Numbered from the stretch's first letter, positions 49,539 to 61,439 are shown. The stretch is 64,000 nt of DNA from Chiloscyllium plagiosum (GCF_004010195.1 NC_057731.1:6524477-6588476); one strand, 5' to 3'. The notes: generated by a model not told the origin, from the sequence alone. Numbers and translations are program-made.

Positions 49539-52500
49539 CACTGTGGTACAGAGCACTGGGTTTCTGTGTCACTGTGGTACAGAGCACTGGGCTTCTGTGA
49601 CGGAGGCAGAAATCCCAAGGACAGGAGACTCTTCTGGCACTGTGGTACAGAGCACTGGGCTTCTGTGTCACTGGTACAGGAGCGCTGTGTTTCTGTGTCA
49701 CTGTGGTACAGAGCACTGGGCTTCTGTGTCACTGGTACAGGAGCGCTGTGTTTCTGTGTGACTGTGGTACAGAGCACTGGGCTACTGTGTCACTGTGGTA
49801 CAGAGCACTGGGCTTCTGTGTCACTGTGGTACAGGAGCGCTGTGTTTCTGTGTGACTGTGGTACAGAGCACTGGGTTTCTGTGTCACTGTGGTACAGAGC
49901 ACTGGGTTTCTGTGTCACTGTGGTACAGGAGCGCTGGGTTTCTGTGTCCCTGTGGTATAGGAGCACTGGGTGTCTGTGTCTGTGTGATACTGGAGCACTG
50001 GGTTTCTGTGTGACTGTGGTACAGGAGCACTGGGTTTCTGTGTGACTGTGGTACAGAACACTGGGTTTCTGTGTCACTGTGGTACAGAGCACTGGGTTTC
50101 TGTGTCACTGTGGTACAGGAGCGCTGTGTTTCTGTGTCACTGTGGTATAGGAGCACAGGGTGTCTGTCTGTGTGATACTGGAGCACTGGGTTTCTGTGTG
50201 ACTGTGGTACAGAATACTGGGTTTCTGTGTCACTGTGGTACAGAGCATTGGGTTTCTGTGTCACTGTGATACAGGAGCGCTGGGTTTCTGTGTCACTGTG
50301 ATACAGGAGCACTGGGTTTCTGTGTCACTGGTACAGGAGCCCTGGGTTTCTGTGTCACTGTGATACAGGAGCGCTGGGTTTCTGTGTCACTGTGGTACAG
50401 GAGCACTGTGTTTCTGTGTCACTGTGGTACAGGAGAACTGTGTTTCTGTGTCACTGTGAAAAAGGAGCGCTGGGTTTCTGTGTCACTGTGGTACAGGAGC
50501 ACTGGGCCTCTGTGTCCGTGTGATACAGGAGCGCTGGGTTTCTGTGTGACTGTCGTACAGGAGCACTGGGTTTCTGTGTCACTGTGGTACAGGAGCACTG
50601 TGTTTCTGTGTCACTGTGATACAGGAGCGCAGGGTTCTGTGTCACTGTGGTACAGGAGCACATGGTTTCTGTGTCACTGTGGTACAGGAGCACTGTGTTT
50701 CTGTGTGACTGTGGTACTGGAGCACTGTGTTTCTGTGTCACTGTGGTACAGGAGCACTGGGTTTCTGTGTCACTGTGGAAAAGGAGCGCTGTGTTTCTGT
50801 GTCATTGTGGTACAGGAGCCCAGTGTTTCTGTGTCACTGTGGTACAGGAGCGCTGGGTTTCTGTGTCATTGTGGTACATGAGCACTGTGTTTCTGTGTCA
50901 CTGTGGTACAGGAGCACTGGGTTTTGTGTCACTGTGGTACAGGAGCACTGTGTTTCTGTGTGACTGTGGTACAGGAGCACTGTGTTTCTGTGTGACTGTG
51001 GTACAGGAGCACTGGGTTTCTGTGTCACTGTGGAAAAGGAGCGCTGTGTTTCTGTGTCACTATGGTAGAGGAGCACTGGGCTTCAGTGTCACTGTGGTAC
51101 AGGAGCACTGGGTTTCTGTGTCACTGTGGTACAGGAGCACTGGGTTTCTGTGTCACTGTGATACAGGAGCCCTGGATTTCTGTGTCACTGTGATACAGGA
51201 ACACTGGGTTTCTGTGTCACTGTGGTACAGGAGCGCTGGGTTTCTGTGTCACTGTGGTACAGGAGCCCTGGGTTTCTGTGTCACTGTGAGACAGGAGCGC
51301 TGGGTTTCTGTGTCACTGTGGTACATGAGCACTGTGTTTCTGTGTCACTGTGGTATGGGAGCACTGTGTTTCTGTGTCACTGTGGTATGGGAGCGCTGGG
51401 TTTCTGTGTCACTGTGGTACAGGAGCCCTGGGTTTCTGTGTCACTGTGATACAGAAGCGCTGGGTTTCTGTGTGACTGTGGTACAGAGGAGCTTGGTTTC
51501 TGTGTCACTGTGACACTGGAGCCCTGGGTTTCTGTGTCACTATGGTACTGGAGCGCTGGATTACTGTGTCACTGTGATACTGGAGCCCTGGGTTTCTGTG
51601 TCACTATGGTACTGGAGCGCTGGATTACTGTGTCACTGTGATACTGGAGCCCTGGGTTTCTGTGTCACTATGGTACTGGAGCGCTGGATTACTGTGTCAC
51701 TGTGATACTGGAGCCCTGGGTTTCTGTGTCACTATGGTACTGGAGCGCTGGATTACTGTGTCACTGTGATACTGGAGCCCTGGGTTTCTGTGTCACTATG
51801 GTACTGGAGCGCTGGATTACTGTGTCACTGTGATACTGGAGCCCTGGGTTTCTGTGTCACTATGGTACTGGAGCGCTTGGTTTCTGTGTCACTGTGACAC
51901 TGGAGCCCTGGGTTTCTGTGTCACTATGGTACTGGAGCGCTGGATTACTGTGTCACTGTGATACTGGAGCCCTGGGTTTCTGTGTCACTGTGGTACAGGA
52001 GCACTGTGTTTCTGTGTCACTGTGGTACAGGAGCCATGGGTTTCTGTGTCACTGTGATACAGGAGCGCTGGGTTTCTGTGCCACTGTGATACAGGAGCAC
52101 TGTGTTTCTGTGTCACTGTGGTACAGGAGCGCTGGGTTTCTGTGTCACTGTGGTACAGGAGCCCAGGGTTTCTGTGTCACTGTGATACAGGAGCCCAGGG
52201 TTTCTGTGTCACTGTGGTGCAGGAGCGCTGGGTTTCTGTGTCACTGTGATACAGGAGCGCTGGGTTTCTGTGTCACTGTGATCCAGGAACACTGGGATTC
52301 TGTGTCACTGTGGTACAGGAGCACTGTGTTTCTGTTTCACTGTGGTACAGGGGAGCTGGGTTTCTGTGTTACTGTGATACAGTAGAGCTGGGTTTCTGTG
52401 TCACTGTGGTACAGGAGCGCTTGGTTTCTTTGTCACTGTGGTACAGGAGCGCTGGGTTTCTGTGTCACTGTGATACAGAAGCGCTGGGTTTCTGTGTGAC

Positions 52501-52948
52501 TGTGGTACAGGGGTGCTGGGTTTCTGTGTCACTGTGATACTGGAGTGCTGGGTTCCTGGGTCACTCTGATACTGGAGCGCTGGGTTTCTGTGTGACTGTG
52601 GTACAGAGGAGCTAGGTTTCTGTGTCACTGTGACACTGGAGCCCTGGGTTTCTGTGTCACTATGGTACTGTAGCGCTGGATTACTGTGTCACTGTGATAC
52701 TGGAGCCCTGGATTTCTGTGTCACTGTGATACTGGAGCACTGGGTTTCTGTGTCACTGTGATACAGGAGCACTGGGGTTCTGTGTCACTGTGATACTGGA
52801 GCGCTGGGTTTCTGTGTCACTGTGATACAGGAGCACTGGGTTTCTGTGTCACTGTGATACTGGAGCGCTGGGGTTCTGTGTCACTGTGATACAGTAGAAC
52901 TGGGTTTCCATGACAATGTGGGAGCTCTGGGTTTACATGTCAATGTGT
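49539..52948. repeat. Minisatellite, ~105 copies of a 32-bp unit CTGGGTTTCTGTGTCACTGTGGTACAGGAGCA (31-bp variants at the 5' end, internal 64-bp higher-order repeat)
   Basis: Unit read directly; copy number is length/32, approximate. Confidence 0.97.
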
Positions 52949-52995
52949 CCTACTGAAGCCTCTTTTGATTTGTCTGTCTCTGTTGTTGTTGCCAG

Positions 52996-53128
52996 GTGAT
53001 GATGCGATGACTGGCGACACAGATAAATACCTTGGCCCCCAGGATCTGAAAGAATTGGGAGATGATTCACTGCCTGTGGAAGGAAACATGAGCTATATGG
53101 GTTTCAGCCTGGGAGCTCGATCCGCAAG
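52996..53128 (+). CDS. ANK3: ANK3 linker exon: (G)[43 protein letters not shown](S)
   Basis: gttgccag| ... |gtaagg; 133 nt, phase 1/2. Confidence 0.97.
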
Positions 53129-55792
53129 GTAAGGAACTTTACACTGTTTCCTTTTCGGCACATGGGCCGGCATGCCTGGCAGCACCAATACCTTTTCGAA
53201 AAATGAAGTACTTAACTATTTAGCAACTATCAATTCTGAAGTTTGTCTTTTTTACATGCTTGTGGGTGTTTCTGTCAAGGCCACTGTTTGGCACTCAGTC
53301 CAAATTGCTCTCAGGATGGTTGTGATTGGTGAACATGCATATCATTTCCCCTGCCTGATGTGGGACTGTCAATCAGGATAATTGCTGTGAAACTGAGCAT
53401 GTTCATTAATCGGTCACTTTGCGGTAAAATTAGGCTTTCTCGGGTAGAGATGCAGAACTGTACTGTGGATGTTTTCAATTTCCCAAGTGTTCTACACTAA
53501 ACAGACTTGGACATAAAGCACTGCCCAGGAATAGGTTAATGGAAACCTACAATTAACCATGTTGTTGATTCAGTGTTTTCCTCAATAAACAGCTGCAAAT
53601 CAACACTCCTGGGCATCTCTTTTTTCATAATTCATTTATTCGCACCTGGAGACTGTTTCAAAATACACATTAAAACTGCTCGATATTAATTCTAGCAGTC
53701 GGAACATTAAACATTTTACAGCCGTCGCTGTCTTTAAATCAGGCAAGCACTCGCTGTCCAGCATGCATCCCGTTTCTTGATCAGCTGCAAACAATGTGAT
53801 TTGTCCTCATTCAGAACCTCCTGCTTGTCCATAAACCCCCAGCAGCATTTCAATACTACTCTGTCATTCACTGTTTGAGATTGTATTTTCTTTTCCCTTG
53901 CATTACTTAAAATGTTCTCGGGAGCTGAAAGATTAATTCACATGCTTTCTGACCCCAATATGCCTGTTTCTCATTTCCAAACAAAAACCATTCATAAAAT
54001 TCAGCCATTTGTTTATTTAAGTTGCAGGTTAAAACGAAGTTGCAGTGTATTTACAGTGTCTGTGGAACACAGAAAACATTAAAATAGCACAATGCGCTGT
54101 TTACTAAACAGCATGCCAGTTAATATTTAAGGAATCACATCCAGATTGAAACGTTTGAGGCTTGAATCCAAAATGTTTCCCAAAACAAGACGCATTCCTT
54201 TAATGCACAGCTTCAGGTGTTAGGATGTTATGTCCTCATAAGGAACGCAAGAAGCAGAGTTGGCTGTTCAGCCCCTTGGCTTAGTTGCACAATTCTATCA
54301 CACATGGCTGATCTACATATTCATCCCATTTACCCCTGCCCTGGTTCTCTCATTCCTAACATCTTAAGGTCTAACAAAAATCAATCAACCTGTTTCTCAG
54401 TTGCTTTTTGGTGGAGATCATTTCCAGATTTGAATTAAATTAGCTTTATTGTCACATGTACTCATTTATGGCACCAGATCCCTGAGTACAAATACTTTGG
54501 GATGGGGGTGGTAGAGGGAAATCAGAAAAATAAAGAAATAACAAGTCCAGCATTACAGACCTTCAAAAGAACAAAATCATAGTAATAAATTTGATACATG
54601 AGAAAATGAAAGTATCTTCCACAATGTTCCTTTGTTGTGAAGAAGTGCTTCCTGATATCACCCCTGAATGGCCTGTCTTTAATGAGATTTTAAGTTACCC
54701 CCCCCACCGTCCCCACCACCCTCTCTCTTCCCCCCATTCCCACCACCACTACCACCACCACACCCCCAATGTTCTGGATTCCCAGTAATTAATGCAAGCA
54801 AGCTGTAACTCTTTCAGCTGACTACAATAAAACTGACCTCTGGGCATTCCACGAGGGGTATCAGAGGAATTCTTTCACGGCCTCAATTTTTGGGCCACCA
54901 GCTGCACTTCATTCAAGAAATGTCTAGAAAGTAGCAAGTGGCATAACCTGAGGCAACCACTGGGGATCGGAAAAGTGATTTTTGGTTCGCGTCTTACAGG
55001 AATGGGCACATTCCAGATTCTAATCACGGACGATCACTGTTCACTGCCCTGTTGACCACCAGCGAATGCCATGTCCCATTGTCCCACCCTCTCCTGAGTA
55101 AACAGCTGACAGAAAGGCCTGTGTGGTCTTGTGACTGCCTTTCCCCCAACTGTCGGCATCACAATCATACCTTAAACCTCCCAGGGAGACCAAAACAAGC
55201 TGTGAATGAATGAGCTATTAAGCTCTCTTGAGGCGTAGCTAATTACTTTGATGAATCTGTGCATCAAATAAAACATGTGCGCAGCTGATATTTTAACCCT
55301 GAAATTGCCCTGTTCTCCTGTAACCTGACTGCCCTTTTGAGAAATGTGTCTGGGGATGATGTGTTCAAAAAAAAATTAAGTTGCGGTAGAAAGAAAAAAA
55401 AATCTCCTGTTTTCAAAATGACATGAAGCCCGGGCAGTTTGTTTGGTTTCTCTCCTGCTTCCTTGAGCTTTGGAAGCGTCTTTAGTTTTCCAGCCATTTC
55501 TGCACTTGTGTTGCTGTGTGTTCAATTGTTTGTCAGGCAAAACTTGTCATGTGCCCAGTGGATTTTCTTTTCAACATGAGAGACCTCCATTTTTAATATT
55601 TAACCCAATTAAACCAGCACCCTTGAATCCTTTCCCCTTTGCTTTAAATGCTTTTAGTGTGTGCATTATGCTGGTTCTGACCCTCAGTGAAGGCACCTCC
55701 ACCAAGTAGAATAGTTGCAATATTCACATCAGTGTTCTATTCTGTTTGCTCCCTATTTTTATACAATTCATTTTGAGTAACGCACCAAGTTT

Positions 55793-56094
55793 GGGCACCA
55801 CAATGGCTCCGTGGTTATTACTGTTGCCTCACAGCGCCAGGGACCCGGGTTCGATTCCACCCTCAGGCAACTGTCTGTGTGGAGTTTGCACATTCTCTCC
55901 GCTTCTGCGAGGGTTTCCTCCGGGTTCTCTGGTTCCCTTCCACAGTCCAAAGATGTGTAGATTAGGTGATTTGGCCATGGGAAATGCAGGGTTACGGGGA
56001 TAGGTTGGAGAGATGGGTCTGGGTGGGATGCTGTGAGGGGGTTGGTTGGACCTGATGGTCCAAATGGCCTACTTCCACACTTTAGGGGTTCTAT
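55793..56094 (+). mobile_element. HE1-type SINE
   Basis: Head, V core, tail. Confidence 0.88.
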
Positions 56095-56227
56095 GAAGTT
56101 ACTAATCATTCAGAGCTTTGTTTGAGATTTTCTAATCAGTTGCCAATCTGCAATTTTCTTTGAAGCTAATTAACCTTTCAGCTCAACATATCCTCGACAT
56201 GTAGCGTGTGAAATGATTAAATGTAGT

Positions 56228-56591
56228 TTGATTAGATTACTTACAGTGTGGAAACAGGCCCTTCAGCCCAACAAGTCCACACCGACCCGCCGAAGCGCAA
56301 CCCACCCATACCCTGACATTTACCCCTTCTTACCTAACACTACAGGCAATTTAGCCTGGCCAATTCACCTGACCTGCACATCTTTTGGACTGTGGGAGGA
56401 AACCGGAGCACCCGGAGGAAACCCACGCAGACACGGGGAGAATGTGCAAACTCCACACAGTCAGTCGCCTGAGTCGGGAATTGAACCCGGGTCTCTTGCG
56501 CTGTGAGGCAGCAGTGCTAACCACTGTGCCACCGTGCTGCCCTAACCACTCTGCCACCGTGCCGCCCTAACCACTGTGCCACTGTGCCGCC
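56228..56591 (-). mobile_element. HE1-type SINE (young) with triplicated 25-bp 5' end
   Basis: Reverse complement of the 43598 subfamily; ctaaccactgtgccaccgtgccgcc x3 at 56517-56591. Confidence 0.92.
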
Positions 56592-57642
56592 GTACTTTGC
56601 TGTCCCTCTCTTTCCTCCTCACCAGCTACCTTTCCCCGTGACAGGGAGTAATACAGACCTGTATGTTTCCTCATATCACCTTTGATCCTCATTCAAAGAA
56701 ATAAGTTAAAAAAAGAAAATTTTTGCAAAAAGAAAAGAAATTTACTTGGACACCAATTATTGCTTGAGCTCAGTTTGACTGGTGTGCTTTTTCACAACAG
56801 AGACTCTTTGTCATAAAGTACGCAGTGGCTAGCAAGGTTAATCTTAGATTCCCGACATTCCAGCATTCAGAGTTTCTGATGGTCTGCTCTGTTTGCGGTA
56901 AATCAGCACCACACACACACATCCCCCATACGTGGTGCTTTCCTAACATCCTGCTCCTGTTGATCGCCTTTCCCCCTTGATCATATTGTGCCAATCCTTA
57001 AAAAGGAAGGGTGGAGACTGATGGGTCTAAACTAACCTCAGAAAGGCTTCACCATTGGAGCTTATGTCCCAGCCTCAGTAAGTGGGATGAGAATCGGGCT
57101 CTGTTTGCAACGTAAACAAGACGCAAGTTGGTTAGAAGGTACAGAGGCGGGAATCCATTGGGTGGGTTATCAGATTCGCATAGCAGAGACACTCTTGCAG
57201 CCGAGACATCCAACCACTGTATTGAATATAGTGAATTTGGAAAGATTTGATAACCTAATTTGTTCATTAAAAGAACGTAATGTATTTTGTCTTTAAATCA
57301 AATTGTAATATGAAATATTATGATTGTTATTTTGTGGTTTATTGGTTTAATAGAATCTGTTTGTGACTGAAAAAATGTTTTAACTGGCGTCTCACTAATG
57401 AATGTTTTTGTATCTGTAAGAATGCACTTACTTTGCCTCATTGTTTAGTAAAATGTTTCCTAATGTTAACCATTTAAAGATAACATGCTTAGTGTTCTGT
57501 GGGCCATATAAGATTAAAAAGGAAACCGTAGATTTTGGACCACAGCACTATATTTATTACTTGTTTCTGCTTCTTCTGCTTCTTTAATCACTTCTATTTT
57601 CTCCTGTTTCCTTTTCTTTCTCCACAATTTGTTTAAAAAAAG

Positions 57643-57654
57643 TCCTAAAATCAG
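57643..57654 (+). CDS. ANK3: ANK3 12-nt microexon TCCTAAAATCAG, (S)PKI(S)
   Basis: Long pyrimidine tract, aaaag|TCCTAAAATCAG|gtaaga; phase 2/2 matches the upstream exon; PKIS insertion recalled from vertebrate Ank3 isoforms. Confidence 0.85.
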
Positions 57655-59144
57655 GTAAGATAATATGAAGCTTTTACTTCTTCAGTGGCCATGCCTGTTC
57701 CTGTTCCCAGTTGGTAGTGATGTGTTGCGTGTTTAGGTTTTTGAAGTTGCCTAAGTAGTTAGCAAGCTTCCCCTTTGCTGTATCATGCACTTGCCGAGTT
57801 AACTTTGTCGGGTGATTCTCTTAAGTCGTGTGCTGGTTTGGCCTGTGAGTACTTGACATCTAAACTGTCCTTTTCCCTGAATGTGAAATTTGGAAGAATA
57901 GTGTACAGTAGACTTCCCCAGGATGTGAGTAAATATACACACTGGAGGTGGTGGTATTTGCTGCTTAAAGGAGTCAACTGTGTTTATTGATTCAAATTTG
58001 TGATTGGGCTGTAGTAGTCAAAGCGAGGGACCTCCAGCATTTGTCTTGTTGTTGTATCTGTGGCAATTTTATGATCTTAAGCAATGCCGAGTCAAAAGCT
58101 TACACCCTGGATCAAACTAGATGCTCCTGAATTGGGCCTTTGGAATTTGGATATTACAAATGAGAGCAATGCCAGATATCCACTGGGTGATGATCACAGA
58201 TTGGCTGAACCTTCAGTATTCATCCATCATAGTCATGCATTCGCTCGCAACTTCTTCATTTTAATTAGCTGATGTGGATGTCAACAAACAGAGCGCTGCC
58301 TTATATTCCAGACTGCCCACTGTGCTACCTGCTCAAGGAAGAAAAATCCCCGGGATTAAAACAAAAAGAATCTAACATTTACTTACAAGTTATGCCATTA
58401 ATGAGAATTACCCTGAAGGCAATGATAAATTCAGTGCATTTGATAAATTTATTATTGCTTTTTCACAAAATGTTATTAAGGTCATAGGTATTAGCTGACA
58501 GTTCCCTGCTACTCTGGACCACTCATCACTAACCATGTCACATGATGTGGTGAATCAAAATTCATTGAAGACCTGTAGTGGGATTACATCATTACAGCAA
58601 TGCTCTGCATCAAATGAACCATTTCAATCTTGTCGAACTAACATGGCAACTCAGTTTCTAATCTCATTGCTATCCTGTTAATTCTTGCCTTAATACTTCC
58701 ATGGTTACTGGTATATTTTGAAAGGCTTTTGTAATGGCTGTTACCATTAGACTTATTGCAAACTATCTTCTTGTGACAACTGATATCACGTGCATGTTAC
58801 TGTGGATGTCATTGAGTATCTGCCATTACTTCAAAAGCATTCTCTAATCCTTTTTCATTGCCCCTGCAGCCTCAGTTGGACCATTAGCATTGTCTTGCTT
58901 CTTCCCTGGTTTTCTTCAAGCCTCCTCCAGGCCACACCTCAACGTTCTTCATTCATACAATTCTTCATCTACTTCTTCTGTTTTTATCTCCAATTTCTTC
59001 TTCAGTTGTTGCCTGTTAGGTTTTCCAGTGTCTGTACTTAACTATCCTTCTCTCTCTAACTCAACTTAGCAACCCTTTTGACTTTTGGAGCTTCTACCCT
59101 TGATCTAACCCAATCATTTGACTTTCTGCCCATCCATCGGATCC

Positions 59145-60020
59145 TGGTATCCCAGGCCCAACCATCTTCAGCTGTTTTATCAATGACCTTCCCTCCATCA
59201 TAAGATCAGAAGTTGGGGATGGTCACTGATAATTGCACAATGTTCAGCGCCATTCACAATTCCTCAGACTCTGACGCAGTCCATGTTCAAATGCAACAAG
59301 ATCTGGGCAATATCCAGGCTTGGGCTGACAAGTCGCAAGTAACACTCACGCCACACAAATGCCAGGTAATGAGCGTCTCCAACAAAAAAGGATTGAACAC
59401 CACCTTTTGACATTCAGTGGCATTACCATCACTGAATCCCTCCTCTATCAATATCCTGGGGGTTCCTTTGACCAGAAACTGAACCGGAACAGTCATATAA
59501 ATAGTGGCTAGAAGGACAGGTCAGAGCTGGGAATTCTGAAGCGCCTTCTGAGTTCCCAAAATCTGTCCATCATTTAAAAAATGTAAATCAGGAGTGTGAT
59601 GGAACTTGCCTGGCCGGGTGCAGCTCCAGCAACATTCCAGAAGCACCTCACTTGTTTGGCACCACAGCTACAAACGTCCACTGCTTCTATCACCGATGCT
59701 CAGTAACAGCAGTACGTACCATCTCCAAGATGCACTGCAGAAATTCACCAAGGCTCCATAGGCAGCACCTTCTAAGACCATGATTGCTACTGGGCAGAAG
59801 GGCAAGGGCAGCTGATACACGGGAACATCACCACCTGCACGTTCCCCTCCAAGCCACACACCATCCTGACTTGGAAATATATCACCGTTACTTCATTGGG
59901 TCACCATCCTAGCATTCTCTCCCTAATAGCATTGTGGGTCAGCCTACAGCATGTGGACTGCAGCAGTTCAAGAAGGTAGCTCGCAACCACTTTCTCCAAG
60001 GCAACTTGAGGTAGGCAATG
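59145..60020 (+). mobile_element. LINE fragment (second family), RT to 3' end
   Basis: PTIFSCFINDLPSIIRSEVGMxxDNCT, MQQDLGNIQAWADK. Confidence 0.8.
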
Positions 60021-60395
60021 ACTATGGGCCCAGTGACTATGGGCCCAGTCAGTCTGTTTCTGTGCTGTACATCTCTTTGTCTATAAATGTTATCCTCCTC
60101 TCATCCTCTTGCTTCAAAGTCCAATTCTCACATCCATAGAGTGAATCCTCCACACTGGAGATCAGAATAGTGTTCTTCGACCTTCATGCTGTTGCTTTAG
60201 GACATGCAGATTGATTTCTCCTCTTGCTGGATTTCGTTCTTCGATATAACTTCGGTGTTTATTGTCAAGCTTAGGTCCTTGAATTTGTCCACTGCCTTTA
60301 GCTGAGAACAACTCAGCTTCACTTTGTATCATTTCCAGGAATGAATCCAAACCGATCCTTACTGTTCAGACGGAAACTCTGCCTAATGCTGATGA

Positions 60396-60550
60396 TGATG
60401 TGGAGGTGCCAGTGTTAGACTGGGGTGGACAAAGTTTAAAATCACACAGCACCAGGTTATAGTTCAACAGGTTTATTTGCAAGTACAAGCTTTTGAAGCG
60501 CTCCAGATAAACCTGTTGGACTATAACCTGGTGTTGTGTGATTTGTAACT
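60396..60550. mobile_element. Penelope-derived insert (second family) with ~45-bp imperfect inverted arms
   Basis: aaatcacacagcaccaggttatagttcaacaggtttat / ataaacctgttggactataacctggtgttgtgtgattt; flanks taatgctgatga (60384) and taatgttgacga (60551). Confidence 0.75.
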
Positions 60551-61002
60551 TAATGTTGACGAACAATACTTTAGGACATTGGTGTATGATCTTCTTATCC
60601 ATATCATATTTGTCATCCCTTTCATTGCATCAACCACAGTTGCACCACCTGCATTTAGTACTTCTGCAGGCATCTGATGGCTCTGATGAAAGGACTCTAA
60701 ATGTTTTAATGCACAAGATTAGACAAGTGGACAACACTTCCTCTCAATCTGAATCTTAATGACTTGCCCTTTTGGCGTACTCGTGCATTCTGTCTCCATG
60801 AATATATTCTGTTACCTTTTGGAGATGCCCATATAGTATTTACTTGGATGGTTTTGATTAATTTATTGACAAATCTATTTCTAATCTTGCTCCTAACTTA
60901 ATTTTTAGCTTGCCTGTTGGCATATGAACCCCTCACCCTTGATTCCAGTTTGCCTTGAACAACCATTTCGTCGTCACAAAAATTAAAATTAGGTGTGACG
61001 TG

Positions 61003-61238
61003 TGTCATAACTCCACAGAGGCCTGTATCCCATCACCAAGTTACCCTTTATTTACTTGTGGAGAGTCCTTGACATTGATTCAGTTCCCTCAGAGCCAGCT
61101 CTCAGCATGAACAGAACCTCGGACACTCCTGTTTCTAACTGTTAGCCAGGGCTACCTGATGGGACCAGGTTAACAGCCTCAATCAGGAAACTCAGCTTCT
61201 GTGAAGTCCACCTGGCTGACCTTGTTCCAATCACCACA
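61003..61238 (-). mobile_element. Solo LTR, same family as 17530 and 40004
   Basis: Clear similarity and TG...CA ends; no TSD seen. Confidence 0.7.
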
Positions 61239-61439
61239 AATCTTCCTTTCCATAGTGTTGACCCAACATTCTTAACCTTTTCTCATAATATAGATTCTTC
61301 AGAGTTTTTCCTTTGTTCGTGGGTTGTGAATGTTGCTAACAAGAACTATCTTACCTTATGTTGGGAATGACTCCAACTAGTGGAGACTTTGCTCCCTGAT
61401 TTTCACTGGAGAAAGATCGGAATGGAGCTGGATGTTTCA

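Larger units (their letters stand above)
1169..57654 (+). other. ANK3: Internal portion of ankyrin-3 (ankyrin-G) gene: ankyrin repeats ~13-24 plus the linker before ZU5; gene extends beyond both window ends
   Basis: 14 GT-AG exons splice into one open frame. Peptides such as [58 protein letters not shown] and [25 protein letters not shown] match ANK3 as I recall it, rather than ANK1 or ANK2. Confidence 0.95.

Noticed and set aside
49337-52628. Long overlapping ORFs (up to 288 aa) in the 32-bp array; superficial CRISPR-like periodicity
   Set aside because: Products of a stop-poor tandem repeat in all frames; no unique spacers, no cas genes, eukaryotic intron
49539-52948. Canonical 12/23 RSS or an Ig/TCR segment in the array
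   Set aside because: Only 2-, 18- and 33/34-nt heptamer-nonamer spacings seen, and no V/D/J coding segments; kept only as a weaker finding
1169-53128. Assignment to ANK1 or ANK2
   Set aside because: Diagnostic segments ([28 protein letters not shown], the 63-nt exon, PKIS) fit ANK3; a phylogeny or synteny check would be final
58870-59041. cctgcag|CCTCAGTTGG as the next ANK3 exon (starts S-L like SLRSFSS)
   Set aside because: Continues LSWTISIVLLL with no similarity to LRSFSSDRS; the true exon probably lies beyond 64000
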